From NCBI GenBank assembly GCA_017558825.1, contig JAFYTO010000009.1, positions 5,617 through 69,616 on the forward strand: 64,000 bases of DNA, written 5' to 3'. This document shows, in pieces, positions 28,117 to 37,023 of this stretch. The DNA comes from Clostridia bacterium (lineage in GTDB: Bacteria; Bacillota; Clostridia; Christensenellales; Borkfalkiaceae). The notes beneath the pieces are model-generated. The model searched no databases, was not told the DNA's origin, and saw only the letters and a program-made list of their open reading frames with translations. Each line of letters opens with the position of its first letter. Positions within the stretch are counted from its first letter, which is position 1. Made by a program: the position numbers and the translations under genes.

Positions 28117-29358
28117 TTATTTATTGTATTTTTCTAAGAATTGTTTGCCGTTGCCGTACTTTTCATAAACGTAGTCAATATCCTTGTCGCCTCTACCGGA
28201 AAGAGTAACTAAAATTGAGCCCGTGTTATGTTCTTTTGCATACTTAATTGCATAAGCAAGTGCGTGTGAACTTTCAATAGCAGGAATAATGCCCTCGTAT
28301 CTTGAAAGTAAGAAGAACGCTTCCATAGCTTCTTCATCAGTAGCCGTAACGTAGTTAATTCTGCCTTTATCTCTTAAATATGCGTGTTCAGGGCCAACGC
28401 CAGGGTAGTCAAGCCCGCTTGCAATAGAGTAAACAGGTAACGGCTCGCCGTTTTCGTCTTGTAAAAGGTAACTGTCAAAGCCGTGAAGCCTACCTTTAGT
28501 GCCAAACTTCATTGTTGCGGCGTGGTCGCCAACGTTTTCGCCTTTACCAAGTGGTTCAACACCGTAAATTTCAACAGGGTCTGCAAGGAAAGGAACAAAA
28601 GTACCAAGTGAGTTAGAACCGCCGCCTACGCAAGCGCAAACCGCGTCTGGCATAATGCCAGTCATTTCTAAAAATTGTTCTCTTGCTTCAATGCCTATAA
28701 CAGATTGGAAATCTCTTACCATTTTTGGGAAAGGATGTGGGCCAAGGGTTGAGCCAATGCAGTAAATAGCGTGGTCGTACTCTTTAATATAAGCGTCAAA
28801 AGCCGCGTCAACCGCTTCTTTAAGCGTTTTTAAACCGTGGGTTACAGGAATAACGTTTGCACCAAGCATTTCCATACGAATTACGTTAGGGTGTTGTTTA
28901 GCAATATCAACTTCGCCCATATAAATATCGCACTCTAAGCCAAAGTAAGCGGCAGCAGTTGCAAGTGCAACGCCGTGTTGACCTGCGCCCGTTTCAGCAA
29001 TAAGCTTCTTTTTGCCCATATATTTAGCAAGTAAGCCTTCGCCCATACAGTGGTTAAGTTTGTGTGCGCCCGTGTGGTTTAAATCTTCACGCTTTAAATA
29101 AATTTGGCAGTTGCCAAATAATTTAGAAAGCCTTTCGCAGTGGTAAACGGGAGTTGGTCTACCTTGAAATTCTTTTCTAATTCTTCTAAGTTCGTTAATA
29201 AATTGTGCGCTGTGGCAAATTGCTTCATAAGCATTGTCTGCCTCAATAAATGCTGGCACTAATTCTTCTTGAATATACGCGCCGCCGTATTCGCCAAAGT
29301 ATCCGTCTTTTGAAGGGAATTCCTTTAAATAATTGTCAAAATCTTTATATTTATTCAT
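28117..29358 (-). CDS. trpB: Tryptophan synthase beta chain (stand-alone, no trpA in the window)
   Basis: 413-aa [20 protein letters not shown] (PLP lysine) and [14 protein letters not shown] align with TrpB1-type enzymes. Confidence 0.9.
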   Translation of the reverse strand: MNKYKDFDNYLKEFPSKDGYFGEYGGAYIQEELVPAFIEADNAYEAICHSAQFINELRRIRKEFQGRPTPVYHCERLSKLFGNCQIYLKREDLNHTGAHKLNHCMGEGLLAKYMGKKKLIAETGAGQHGVALATAAAYFGLECDIYMGEVDIAKQHPNVIRMEMLGANVIPVTHGLKTLKEAVDAAFDAYIKEYDHAIYCIGSTLGPHPFPKMVRDFQSVIGIEAREQFLEMTGIMPDAVCACVGGGSNSLGTFVPFLADPVEIYGVEPLGKGENVGDHAATMKFGTKGRLHGFDSYLLQDENGEPLPVYSIASGLDYPGVGPEHAYLRDKGRINYVTATDEEAMEAFFLLSRYEGIIPAIESSHALAYAIKYAKEHNTGSILVTLSGRGDKDIDYVYEKYGNGKQFLEKYNK

Positions 29359-29553
29359 AATAATACCTCAAAACTAAAATAATAGTCGGTTTTAATAAAC
29401 CGCAAAACTCTTTAATATTTAATATTTAGTTTTGCCATCGTTTAGTTAATATAATCATAACGTACCTATAAATTGAAATAAGAGTTAAAAAGCAATGCCA
29501 CAAAATAAGTTTGATGCTAGAAAAAATAAATGGATTTTGGGCAGGGCTTTAAT

Positions 29554-29815
29554 AAAAAAAGCCCGTGAACTAATTGTTCACGGGACGAATGTATCGCGGT
29601 GCCACCCGAATTGACGCTTAATGCGCCCACTTTTAACGTTTGTAAAACGCTGCATTTTTACAAGTGCAACCTTGTCGGCTACTACTAACTTACGCTTTCG
29701 CTCCGCCCTCAACAGCCCATTCATTAAGCTTCTTGGTTTTGTTACACCAACCCAAAACTCTCTAAACAAGAAAAACTAAATTACTACTCTGCATCACAGG
29801 TTTATTATATAAATT
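29554..29815 (-). promoter_or_regulatory. T-box riboswitch leader, tryptophan specifier (UGG)
   Basis: Read on the minus strand: an AGAGAG box, a distal GGTTGGTGTAAC loop, the specifier context AATGAA-TGG-G, and an AGTA-like box. The T-box sequence is CAATTCGGGTGGCACCGCG. The terminator GCCCGTGAAC..GTTCACGGGC plus T7 lies at 29554..29585. Confidence 0.85.
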
Positions 29816-29822
29816 TGAATAA

Positions 29823-29851
29823 ATTATATCACTCTAAATATCGTTTGTCAA
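29823..29851 (-). promoter_or_regulatory. Sigma-A promoter driving the T-box leader
   Basis: On the minus strand: TTGACA (29851..29846), exactly 17 nt, then TATAAT (29828..29823). Confidence 0.7.
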
Positions 29852-30751
29852 CTATTTTTTAGAGCAAGTTAACGTTAATACCGCCTTGCCAACGTGCAAT
29901 AAATTTTCCGTTTGCTTCGTTACAAGCGAGTTGTTACTTTCAAATATTTTTTCACTTGCCATAGAAGTGTCAACAGGAAGTGAAGATAAAATAACGTAAT
30001 CTTTTTTGTTTTGCATTAAATCTTCTTCTAAAATCGTTATATTTTCATCTTTATTCAAGAAATAAACAACGTCTGCATTATTTAACGCTAAACTTTTATC
30101 TGCAGTTGTTGAAACGTAAGAAAATTGAGATAAATATTCTTTAGTTTCCTTGCTTATAGCCTCGTTTTTAGAGGTTAAAAACGTTACGTTTGCGCCAAGT
30201 TTTACAAGACCTATTGCAAGCGAGTTATCACCCTCTAACGAAGAGCCTACAATCGTTACGTTTAAATTTTTAAAATCTTTAAAATTTTCGCTAATCGTCA
30301 TGAGAGCAGAAAGTGCTTCGCAAGGGCTTTTAACAGCGGTTGCGTTAATAACGGGAACTGATACGGTGTTAATAAAAATGTCGCTATCGCTAGTTTTACT
30401 AGTGCAAACTAAAACAGCGGAAAGTCCAAATGAGGTTAACGCCTTAACGTAATGCTTGTCATTAAGCAAGTTCTCAAGTTCTTCGCCGTGCATACTGGTT
30501 ACAACTGGGCTTCCAGAAAGTTCTTTTATTGCAAGTTGAAAGGTGATGCTTGACCTTGGAAGATTTGGTTTTGTAACAAGTAAAACGTATTTATCTTTAA
30601 GCAAAAATGAATTTTCTTGAACGGCGCGCATTTCTTTAAGCTCCGTTGCAGTGTTTATAACTTCAATAATATCTTCGGTTGAAACGCCTTGAAGCGTTGT
30701 TAAATTATAAAAGTCAACCTTTCCTTTTTTTGCGCAATTTAAAATATTCAT
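29852..30751 (-). CDS. Aspartate/ornithine carbamoyltransferase-fold protein lacking the catalytic motifs (likely non-canonical or pseudoenzyme)
   Basis: 299-aa ORF, colinear with OTCase/ATCase. S-T-R-T-R is replaced by NLPRSSITF, H-P-x-Q by SPCEAL, and H-C-L-P by SSLP. Confidence 0.55.
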   Translation of the reverse strand: MNILNCAKKGKVDFYNLTTLQGVSTEDIIEVINTATELKEMRAVQENSFLLKDKYVLLVTKPNLPRSSITFQLAIKELSGSPVVTSMHGEELENLLNDKHYVKALTSFGLSAVLVCTSKTSDSDIFINTVSVPVINATAVKSPCEALSALMTISENFKDFKNLNVTIVGSSLEGDNSLAIGLVKLGANVTFLTSKNEAISKETKEYLSQFSYVSTTADKSLALNNADVVYFLNKDENITILEEDLMQNKKDYVILSSLPVDTSMASEKIFESNNSLVTKQTENLLHVGKAVLTLTCSKK

Positions 30752-30892
30752 AACGCCCTCGTTTAAAATTTTACCTATAAATTATATAGCATTTTCACTT
30801 TTTTGTAAACATTTTATAAAAAATAGCAAAAAATACACTGCCTTTTTAGTGAAATTATACAAATAATAGTAATTTTAAGGTTAAAATTTGTG

Positions 30893-30906
30893 CAATGTGC
30901 ACATTG
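30893..30906. promoter_or_regulatory. Perfect 14-bp palindrome overlapping the -35 of the msmX-like gene promoter
   Basis: CAATGTGCACATTG is its own reverse complement. It overlaps the predicted -35 TTGTAA (30904-30909), which is followed by a 17-nt spacer and TGtTAATAT. Confidence 0.4.
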
Positions 30907-30965
30907 TAAAAGTTACGCGCGTGTGTTAATATATATGAGTAAAATTTTGCAAAAGGAGAATTTAA

Positions 30966-32366
30966 ATGGCAAATTTAAAGTTAGAACACATTTATAAAGT
31001 ATATTCATCAGGTGTTCAAGCAGTTACTGACTTTACTATGGACATTGAAGATAAGGAATTTATCGTATTCGTTGGTCCATCTGGTTGCGGTAAGTCAACA
31101 ACACTTCGTATGATAGCAGGTCTTGAAGAAATTTCTGACGGTAACCTTTATATTGACGGTATCCGCGTAAATGATATTCAACCAAAAGATAGAGATATAG
31201 CAATGGTTTTCCAAAACTACGCTCTTTACCCACACATGACTGTTTATGATAACATGGCTTTCGGTCTTAAGCTTCGTAAAATGCCTCGTGCTGAAATTGA
31301 TGCAAGAGTTAAAGAAGCTGCTAGAATTTTAGGTCTTGAAACTTACCTTCAAAGAAAACCAAAGGCGTTATCAGGCGGTCAACGTCAAAGAGTTGCGCTC
31401 GGTAGAGCAATCGTTCGTGAACCAAAAGTATTCCTTTTAGACGAACCACTTTCTAACCTTGACGCTAAGCTCCGTGCACAAATGCGTGTTGAGATTACTA
31501 AACTTCACCATCGTCTTGCAACTACGTTCATTTACGTTACGCACGACCAAATCGAAGCTATGACAATGGGTACAAGAATCGTTGTATTAAAAGACGGTCT
31601 TATTCAACAAGTTGATGCTCCACAAAAACTTTACGATTATCCTGCAAACATGTTCGTAGCAGGCTTTATCGGCACTCCAAGAATGAACTTCTTTGATGCT
31701 GTTTTAACTGGAACTAAGGCTAAGGTATACGTTGAATTTGAAGGCAATAAAATTCTTTTACCTAAAACTAAGAGTGCAAGCATTATTAATATTGATGAAT
31801 ACCTTAACACTGGTAAGCCTGTTGTATTAGGCGTTCGTCCTGAAGACTTCCACGATGAAGAATTATTCATTTCTAATTCTAAAGATACTTGCATTGAAGT
31901 TAGAGTTGACGCTGTTGAAAAGTTGGGTGCTGAAACTTTACTTTACTGCGTATTTGACGATGGTTCAGAAGAAGTTTTAGAAGAAGGTCAAATTAAATCA
32001 CTTGTTGAAACTAAAACTCCAATGATTGCTAAGGTTGACTCTCGTTCAACTACTGAAGCTGACCAAAAGGTTGTTTTAGGTGTAGATATTTTACATGCTC
32101 ACCTCTTTGATAAAGAAACTGAACTTTCTATCTTAGAAGGCGAAGGCACTAAAGCTTACGTTCCTACAGTTGAGCTTGAAAGAATTGCCAACGGCCAACA
32201 AGAAGATTTAATCAACAAGAACAGAACGTTCTTTGAAAGATTAAAATACAACAAGCAAAAGAAGGCTAAAGCAAAAGCTGAAGCAGAAGCTGCTGTTGAC
32301 CAAGCAAAAGTTGAAGACGTTGCTGAAGGCGAAAACGTTGTAGAAGAACCAACTATTGAAGAATAA
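30966..32366 (+). CDS. Sugar-type ABC transporter ATP-binding protein (MalK/MsmX/UgpC family), orphan, with an extended C-terminal tail
   Basis: 466-aa ORF with Walker [10 protein letters not shown], signature LSGGQRQR and Walker [13 protein letters not shown]. The tail is K/A/E-rich ([27 protein letters not shown]). There is no permease or binding-protein gene adjacent. Confidence 0.9.
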   Translation: MANLKLEHIYKVYSSGVQAVTDFTMDIEDKEFIVFVGPSGCGKSTTLRMIAGLEEISDGNLYIDGIRVNDIQPKDRDIAMVFQNYALYPHMTVYDNMAFGLKLRKMPRAEIDARVKEAARILGLETYLQRKPKALSGGQRQRVALGRAIVREPKVFLLDEPLSNLDAKLRAQMRVEITKLHHRLATTFIYVTHDQIEAMTMGTRIVVLKDGLIQQVDAPQKLYDYPANMFVAGFIGTPRMNFFDAVLTGTKAKVYVEFEGNKILLPKTKSASIINIDEYLNTGKPVVLGVRPEDFHDEELFISNSKDTCIEVRVDAVEKLGAETLLYCVFDDGSEEVLEEGQIKSLVETKTPMIAKVDSRSTTEADQKVVLGVDILHAHLFDKETELSILEGEGTKAYVPTVELERIANGQQEDLINKNRTFFERLKYNKQKKAKAKAEAEAAVDQAKVEDVAEGENVVEEPTIEE

Positions 32367-32380
32367 TTTTTAAAATATTA

Positions 32381-32410
32381 AGCGAACGCAAAATTGCGTT
32401 CGCTTTTTTT
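32381..32410 (+). terminator. Rho-independent terminator
   Basis: Stem AGCGAACGCAA / TTGCGTTCGCT, followed by T7. Confidence 0.8.
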
Positions 32411-32535
32411 CTATTTAGAACGGCTTTTTATTGACAAATTTACGTTTAAATGATACTATTAACTAAATATTTATTATTTTATAATAAAAATAAAATTACG
32501 CGCATATATTTTAACGGCGCAAACAATTTAAACGT

Positions 32536-33252
32536 ATGATATATAAAAATAAAATTAAAAACGTACTTATTGATTTAGACGGAACTTTGCTTCCTATGGA
32601 TTTTGACGTTTTTTTAAAAGGTTATATGCAGTCGGTTTCTAATACGGCTGGGGACGTTTGCCTTACAAAAGAAGCGTTTACAAAAGGCTTGTGGGCTGGC
32701 ATTGTAAAAATGATGCAAAACGACGGTTCTTCTACTAACGAAGATGCTTTTTGGGCTGCTTTTAGCTTTGTTACAGGAGTTTCAAAACAAATTGCCGACC
32801 CTATTTTAAACGAGTATTATAATAGTAAATTTGGCGAAGTTAAAGAGTATTGCGGTTTTGATAAAAATGCAAAAATTTTAGTTGAAAAGTTAAAGAACTG
32901 CGGATACAGCTTAATACTTGCAACCAATCCGGTTTTTCCAAAAATAGGCACGTTTAATAGGCTTAAGTGGGCGGGAGTAGATTTTGATAGTTTTACTTAC
33001 GTTTCCACTTATGAAAATTCTTCATATTGCAAGCCCAACTTAAAGTATTATGAAGAAATTTTAGCAAAATTTAACTTAAATGCAAGCGAGTGTTTAATGA
33101 TTGGTAATGACGTTTTAGATGATATGGTTGCGTTAAATTTAGGTATGCAAACGTTCTTATTAACTGATTGTTTAATAAATAAAAATAACGAAGATTTAAG
33201 CAAGTATGAAAAGGGTAGTTTTGAAGATTTATTCAAAGCTCTAGATATATAG
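32536..33252 (+). CDS. HAD-superfamily hydrolase
   Basis: 238-aa ORF with motif I LIDLDGTLL and a later GNDVLDD motif. Confidence 0.75.
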   Translation: MIYKNKIKNVLIDLDGTLLPMDFDVFLKGYMQSVSNTAGDVCLTKEAFTKGLWAGIVKMMQNDGSSTNEDAFWAAFSFVTGVSKQIADPILNEYYNSKFGEVKEYCGFDKNAKILVEKLKNCGYSLILATNPVFPKIGTFNRLKWAGVDFDSFTYVSTYENSSYCKPNLKYYEEILAKFNLNASECLMIGNDVLDDMVALNLGMQTFLLTDCLINKNNEDLSKYEKGSFEDLFKALDI

Positions 33253-33260
33253 GAGATATT

Positions 33261-34262
33261 ATGTGGCAAGTTCTTTTAATAATTTTAATGCTTATAGTCG
33301 GCTTAATTTTAATAATTAAGGGTGGTGACTATTTTGTTGACGGCGCAAGTTGGCTTGCGGAAGTTAGTGGTATTCCTAAGTTTATAGTAGGTGCCACAAT
33401 AGTTAGTATTGCAACAACCTTACCAGAAATAGTAGTATCTTTAATTTCTGCAAAATCCGAACCTGATATGGCTATTGGCAACGCTGTTGGTTCAGTAGTG
33501 TTTAATACTGGCGTAATTATGGCTATTGCGCTTATTGCAAGTCCATTTATTATTAAACGTAAAGACTATGCTTTTAAAGGTTTGTTATTAACTGCCGTTA
33601 TGGCGCTTCTTACAGCATTTTGTTTTATAGGAATAAACTCTACGCCAATAACTTTTGAAACTACTGCTACTTTTGGCTACGTTGGCGCGGTTGTTCTTTT
33701 AATTTTGTTTGTAGTATTTATAGTAGAAAACGTTATAAGTGCAAAAAAGAATAGTGGGTGTGGCGATGAGGGCTGTCCTATAGTTCCTACTAAGCATACT
33801 TTAATTTTAAATATTGTTAAACTTATAGTTGGTGCAGCAGGCATTGCCGGCGGTGCAATTTTACTTAAAGATAACGCTGTTAAACTTGCAACTTTGGCAG
33901 GTATTTCTCAAGCGGTTATAGGCGTTACTATTTTGGCAATAGGCACGTCACTTCCTGAACTTGTAACTATGATTATTGCGGTTAAAAAAGGCGAGTCTAG
34001 TTTATCTATAGGTAACATCATTGGAGCAAATACTATTGACCTTGCAATTATTTTACCTTTAAGCGCATTTATTGCTGGTGGAAGCGGATTGTTTGTTTCT
34101 AATTTACATTTATTAGTAACAATGCCTGTAACGCTTTTAATAATACTAATAGGTATTATACCTACGTTAATATTTAAAAAGTTTGCAAGGTGGCAAGGTC
34201 TTTTAATGTTTGCTATTTACTTAGTTTACTTTGTGTTTAACATTCTTTACGTTGTGTTATAA
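33261..34262 (+). CDS. Sodium/calcium exchanger family (CaCA, YrbG-like) membrane protein
   Basis: 333-aa ORF with two alpha-repeat regions (GATIVSIATTLPEIVVS and ILAIGTSLPELVTMI). Confidence 0.85.
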   Translation: MWQVLLIILMLIVGLILIIKGGDYFVDGASWLAEVSGIPKFIVGATIVSIATTLPEIVVSLISAKSEPDMAIGNAVGSVVFNTGVIMAIALIASPFIIKRKDYAFKGLLLTAVMALLTAFCFIGINSTPITFETTATFGYVGAVVLLILFVVFIVENVISAKKNSGCGDEGCPIVPTKHTLILNIVKLIVGAAGIAGGAILLKDNAVKLATLAGISQAVIGVTILAIGTSLPELVTMIIAVKKGESSLSIGNIIGANTIDLAIILPLSAFIAGGSGLFVSNLHLLVTMPVTLLIILIGIIPTLIFKKFARWQGLLMFAIYLVYFVFNILYVVL

Positions 34263-34360
34263 CAAATTCCTTTCAAATTAAATATACTAAAATATATCTA
34301 TAATTTTTTTATAGGTATATTTTTTTTGCTCAAAAATAGTATAGTTTGGGGAGATTTATT

Positions 34361-35488
34361 GTGGCTAAAAGTTATAAAAGGGCATGTGCGTTAATTGATT
34401 TAAACAATGCTAAAAGCAATTTTTTAGACGTTAGAAGTAGGCTTAAGCCAAATGTAAAAATTTGTTGCGTTGTAAAAGCTAACGCCTATGGTCACGGTGC
34501 AGTTAAGCTTTCTAAACTTTTTCAAAGTTTAGGAGCGGATTTTTTTGCTACCGCCACCTTTCACGAAGCTATTAAATTAAGAGAAAACGGCATAAGTAAA
34601 CCTATTTTAATTTTAGGTTACACCCCGCCTTTTTATGCTAATAAACTTGAAGCGTATAATTTGAGCCAAACGGTCTATTCAAAAGAATACGCTAAGCAAC
34701 TGTTTAAATTTTGCAAAAGGCAAAACGCCAAAATAAAAATTCATTTAAAAATAGATACAGGTTTTAATAGAATAGGTTTTGTTTGCAATAATAAGCAAAC
34801 GAACGCTTTAAACGATGCGTTAAAATCGGTTAAAAATAGCGCGTTTATTTTAGAGGGTATATACACTCATTTTGCTTGTAGTGATGATGTTAAAAAAGGC
34901 AAGCGTTTTACCTATAAACAATATTCCAACTTCATTTTTGCAATCAACTATTTAACTAAAAACGGTTTAGAATTTAAAATTAAGCATTGTGGCAATAGTG
35001 CGGTAGTTTTTAACTACCCAAATTTCACAATGGATATGGTTAGGGTTGGCTTAGCGTTATACGGCGTTGCTCCTTGCAAAAGTGCAACAACTTTAAAAAG
35101 GGTTATGACGTTAAAAACTATAGTAGAAAGTGTTAAAGTTGTTAAAAAAGGCGAAAATATTGGCTATGGCTTAGAGTGTAGGGCAAAAAAAGATGTGCTA
35201 CTTGCAACACTGCCTATAGGGTATGCTGACGGCATTTTGCGTTCGACCTATAAAACGGATTATTGTGTTTTAATAAATGGAAAGCCGTGTAAATTTATTG
35301 GACGTGTTTGTATGGATAAATGCACGGTAGATGCAACGAATGTAAATTTAAAAGTTTTTGATGAGGTTGTAATTTTTGGAAATTTCAAGACGTGCAACGT
35401 TGAAAATTTTGCCTCAAAAAACGGAACAATTGCTTATGAAGTTCTTTCGCAAATTTCAAATAGGGTGCAAAGAACATATAAAGGTTAA
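34361..35488 (+). CDS. alr: Alanine racemase
   Basis: PLP-lysine motif VVKANAYGHG. The probable start is GTG 34361, 7 nt after GGGGAG; the ORF-track start at 34346 is TTG. Confidence 0.9.
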   Translation: MAKSYKRACALIDLNNAKSNFLDVRSRLKPNVKICCVVKANAYGHGAVKLSKLFQSLGADFFATATFHEAIKLRENGISKPILILGYTPPFYANKLEAYNLSQTVYSKEYAKQLFKFCKRQNAKIKIHLKIDTGFNRIGFVCNNKQTNALNDALKSVKNSAFILEGIYTHFACSDDVKKGKRFTYKQYSNFIFAINYLTKNGLEFKIKHCGNSAVVFNYPNFTMDMVRVGLALYGVAPCKSATTLKRVMTLKTIVESVKVVKKGENIGYGLECRAKKDVLLATLPIGYADGILRSTYKTDYCVLINGKPCKFIGRVCMDKCTVDATNVNLKVFDEVVIFGNFKTCNVENFASKNGTIAYEVLSQISNRVQRTYKG

Positions 35489-35562
35489 ACCGTTTTTTAT
35501 AAAAAGTAGCACTTTTTTTAAACCGTGCATATATTAAAGTGAACGGTTTAAAGGAGGTTAAA

Positions 35563-36210
35563 ATGTCATTTTTCTCTAATTGTACTTTAGATAAAATTCC
35601 AGGCCGAATTACTGGAAATCCAATGAACGGCATGTGTGAAAAAGTTTGTGTGCAGGCAAAAAAAGTGTTTGATGCTTGTATGAAGCAGTCGCAAGAAGAC
35701 GGCTACGTTATAACTGTTACAAATTTAACACCGGCTAATCCTACATATCCGCTAACTTTTGTTAGTGCAAGAAGCGTTAGCACTCAGGCTACTGTTACTT
35801 CTTTACAAGTAGACCCTATACCAGATAGGCCTAATTTAAGTAGGGTTCAAATTTCGTATAGCGTACCTATGGAAGTGTTGTATACTGATGCAAACGGAAT
35901 TGCGGGCAAGGCAAACGGTACGGTTGCGCTTTCTCAAGACGTAATATTGTTCGTTCCCGAACCATCTATTATGCCTTTTGACGTAGAAGCGGTTGTTTCT
36001 ATTGTAGCGCCTGAGGGCGTGTACACTAACAACAACACGTTTACGGTATCGTGCTGTGCAACGTCAATTTTAAAGATTGTTATGCCGGTAGAAATTCTTG
36101 TGCCTAGTTACGGATATGCAACTATGCCAACGTGTCAAGAATACACGCAAGAAGTTTGCTCTGGATTTTTTGAATTGCCACTTTACCCTGGCGAAAACGT
36201 AAATCAGTAA
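35563..36210 (+). CDS. Hypothetical Cys-containing beta-rich protein
   Basis: The ATG at 35563 is preceded by AAAGGAGG. The N-terminal motif is CEKVCVQAKKVFDACMK. There is no signal peptide or TM segment, and no family was recognised. Confidence 0.6.
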   Translation: MSFFSNCTLDKIPGRITGNPMNGMCEKVCVQAKKVFDACMKQSQEDGYVITVTNLTPANPTYPLTFVSARSVSTQATVTSLQVDPIPDRPNLSRVQISYSVPMEVLYTDANGIAGKANGTVALSQDVILFVPEPSIMPFDVEAVVSIVAPEGVYTNNNTFTVSCCATSILKIVMPVEILVPSYGYATMPTCQEYTQEVCSGFFELPLYPGENVNQ

Positions 36211-36318
36211 ACTTTTTGGCGTTTTTTAATAAAATAGCGAAGGTGACTTCGCTATTTTTTGTTGCAATAAAAATTTCAAAGTGATATAATTAAAAAAATA
36301 AATTTTTTTAGGTGTGTT

Positions 36319-37023
36319 TTGAAAGTATTTGCAATTAGTGATTTACATCTTTCTTTAAACGGCGAAAAACCTATGGACATTTTTGGTTTTAATTGGAAAG
36401 ATTATCTTACAAAAATTAAAGAAGATTGGCAATTAAAAGTATCAAATGACGATGTTGTTTTAATTAGCGGTGATATAAGTTGGGCTATGCAACTTGAAGA
36501 CGCACTTAAAGATATTGACTTTTTTGCTTCTCTTAACGGAATTAAAATTTTAATAAGAGGAAATCACGACTATTGGTGGCAAGGCATAACTAAAATTCGC
36601 CAAAAATTGCCAAACGGTGTTATTGCTCTTCAAAACGATGCTGTAAAAATAGGAGATTGTGTATTTTGTGGTTCTCGTGGCTGGGCTGTTGAAGGTTCGG
36701 TTGACTATAAAGAGCATGATAAAAAAATTTATTTAAGAGAAGTTGAGCGTTTTAAACTTGCTTTAAAAGAGGCTGCTAAACTTAAAGGTGAAGGGGACAA
36801 GTTGATTTGCTTAATACATTTTCCACCGTTTAACGTGAGGTGTGAAAATTCGCTTTTTACCAATATTTTTGAAGAGTTTAAGGTAGATAAAGTTGTTTAC
36901 GGCCATCTTCACGGCAAAGATAGTAAAGCGTATTTTAAACTTAATAAAAATGGCGTTGAGTATATTTTAGCGTCTTGTGATTTAATAGAAAATAAATTGG
37001 TAGAGGTATATTCAAATGAGTAA
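36319..37023 (+). CDS. Metallophosphoesterase
   Basis: 234-aa ORF with calcineurin-like motifs ISDLHL, SGDISW, GNHDYW and GHLHG. Confidence 0.8.
   Translation: MKVFAISDLHLSLNGEKPMDIFGFNWKDYLTKIKEDWQLKVSNDDVVLISGDISWAMQLEDALKDIDFFASLNGIKILIRGNHDYWWQGITKIRQKLPNGVIALQNDAVKIGDCVFCGSRGWAVEGSVDYKEHDKKIYLREVERFKLALKEAAKLKGEGDKLICLIHFPPFNVRCENSLFTNIFEEFKVDKVVYGHLHGKDSKAYFKLNKNGVEYILASCDLIENKLVEVYSNE

Noticed and set aside
29359-29553. A possible Trp leader peptide (ATGATTATATTAACTAAACGATGGCAAAACTAA, 10 codons with one Trp) in the long spacer after the T-box terminator.
   Set aside because: It has a single Trp codon, no SD and no alternative hairpins around it. Chance occurrence is likely in AT-rich sequence.
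29578-29769. A 63-aa ORF on the minus strand upstream of trpB.
   Set aside because: It lies entirely inside the T-box leader RNA (AGAGAG box, specifier loop, T-box sequence) and has no SD. It is a spurious ORF.
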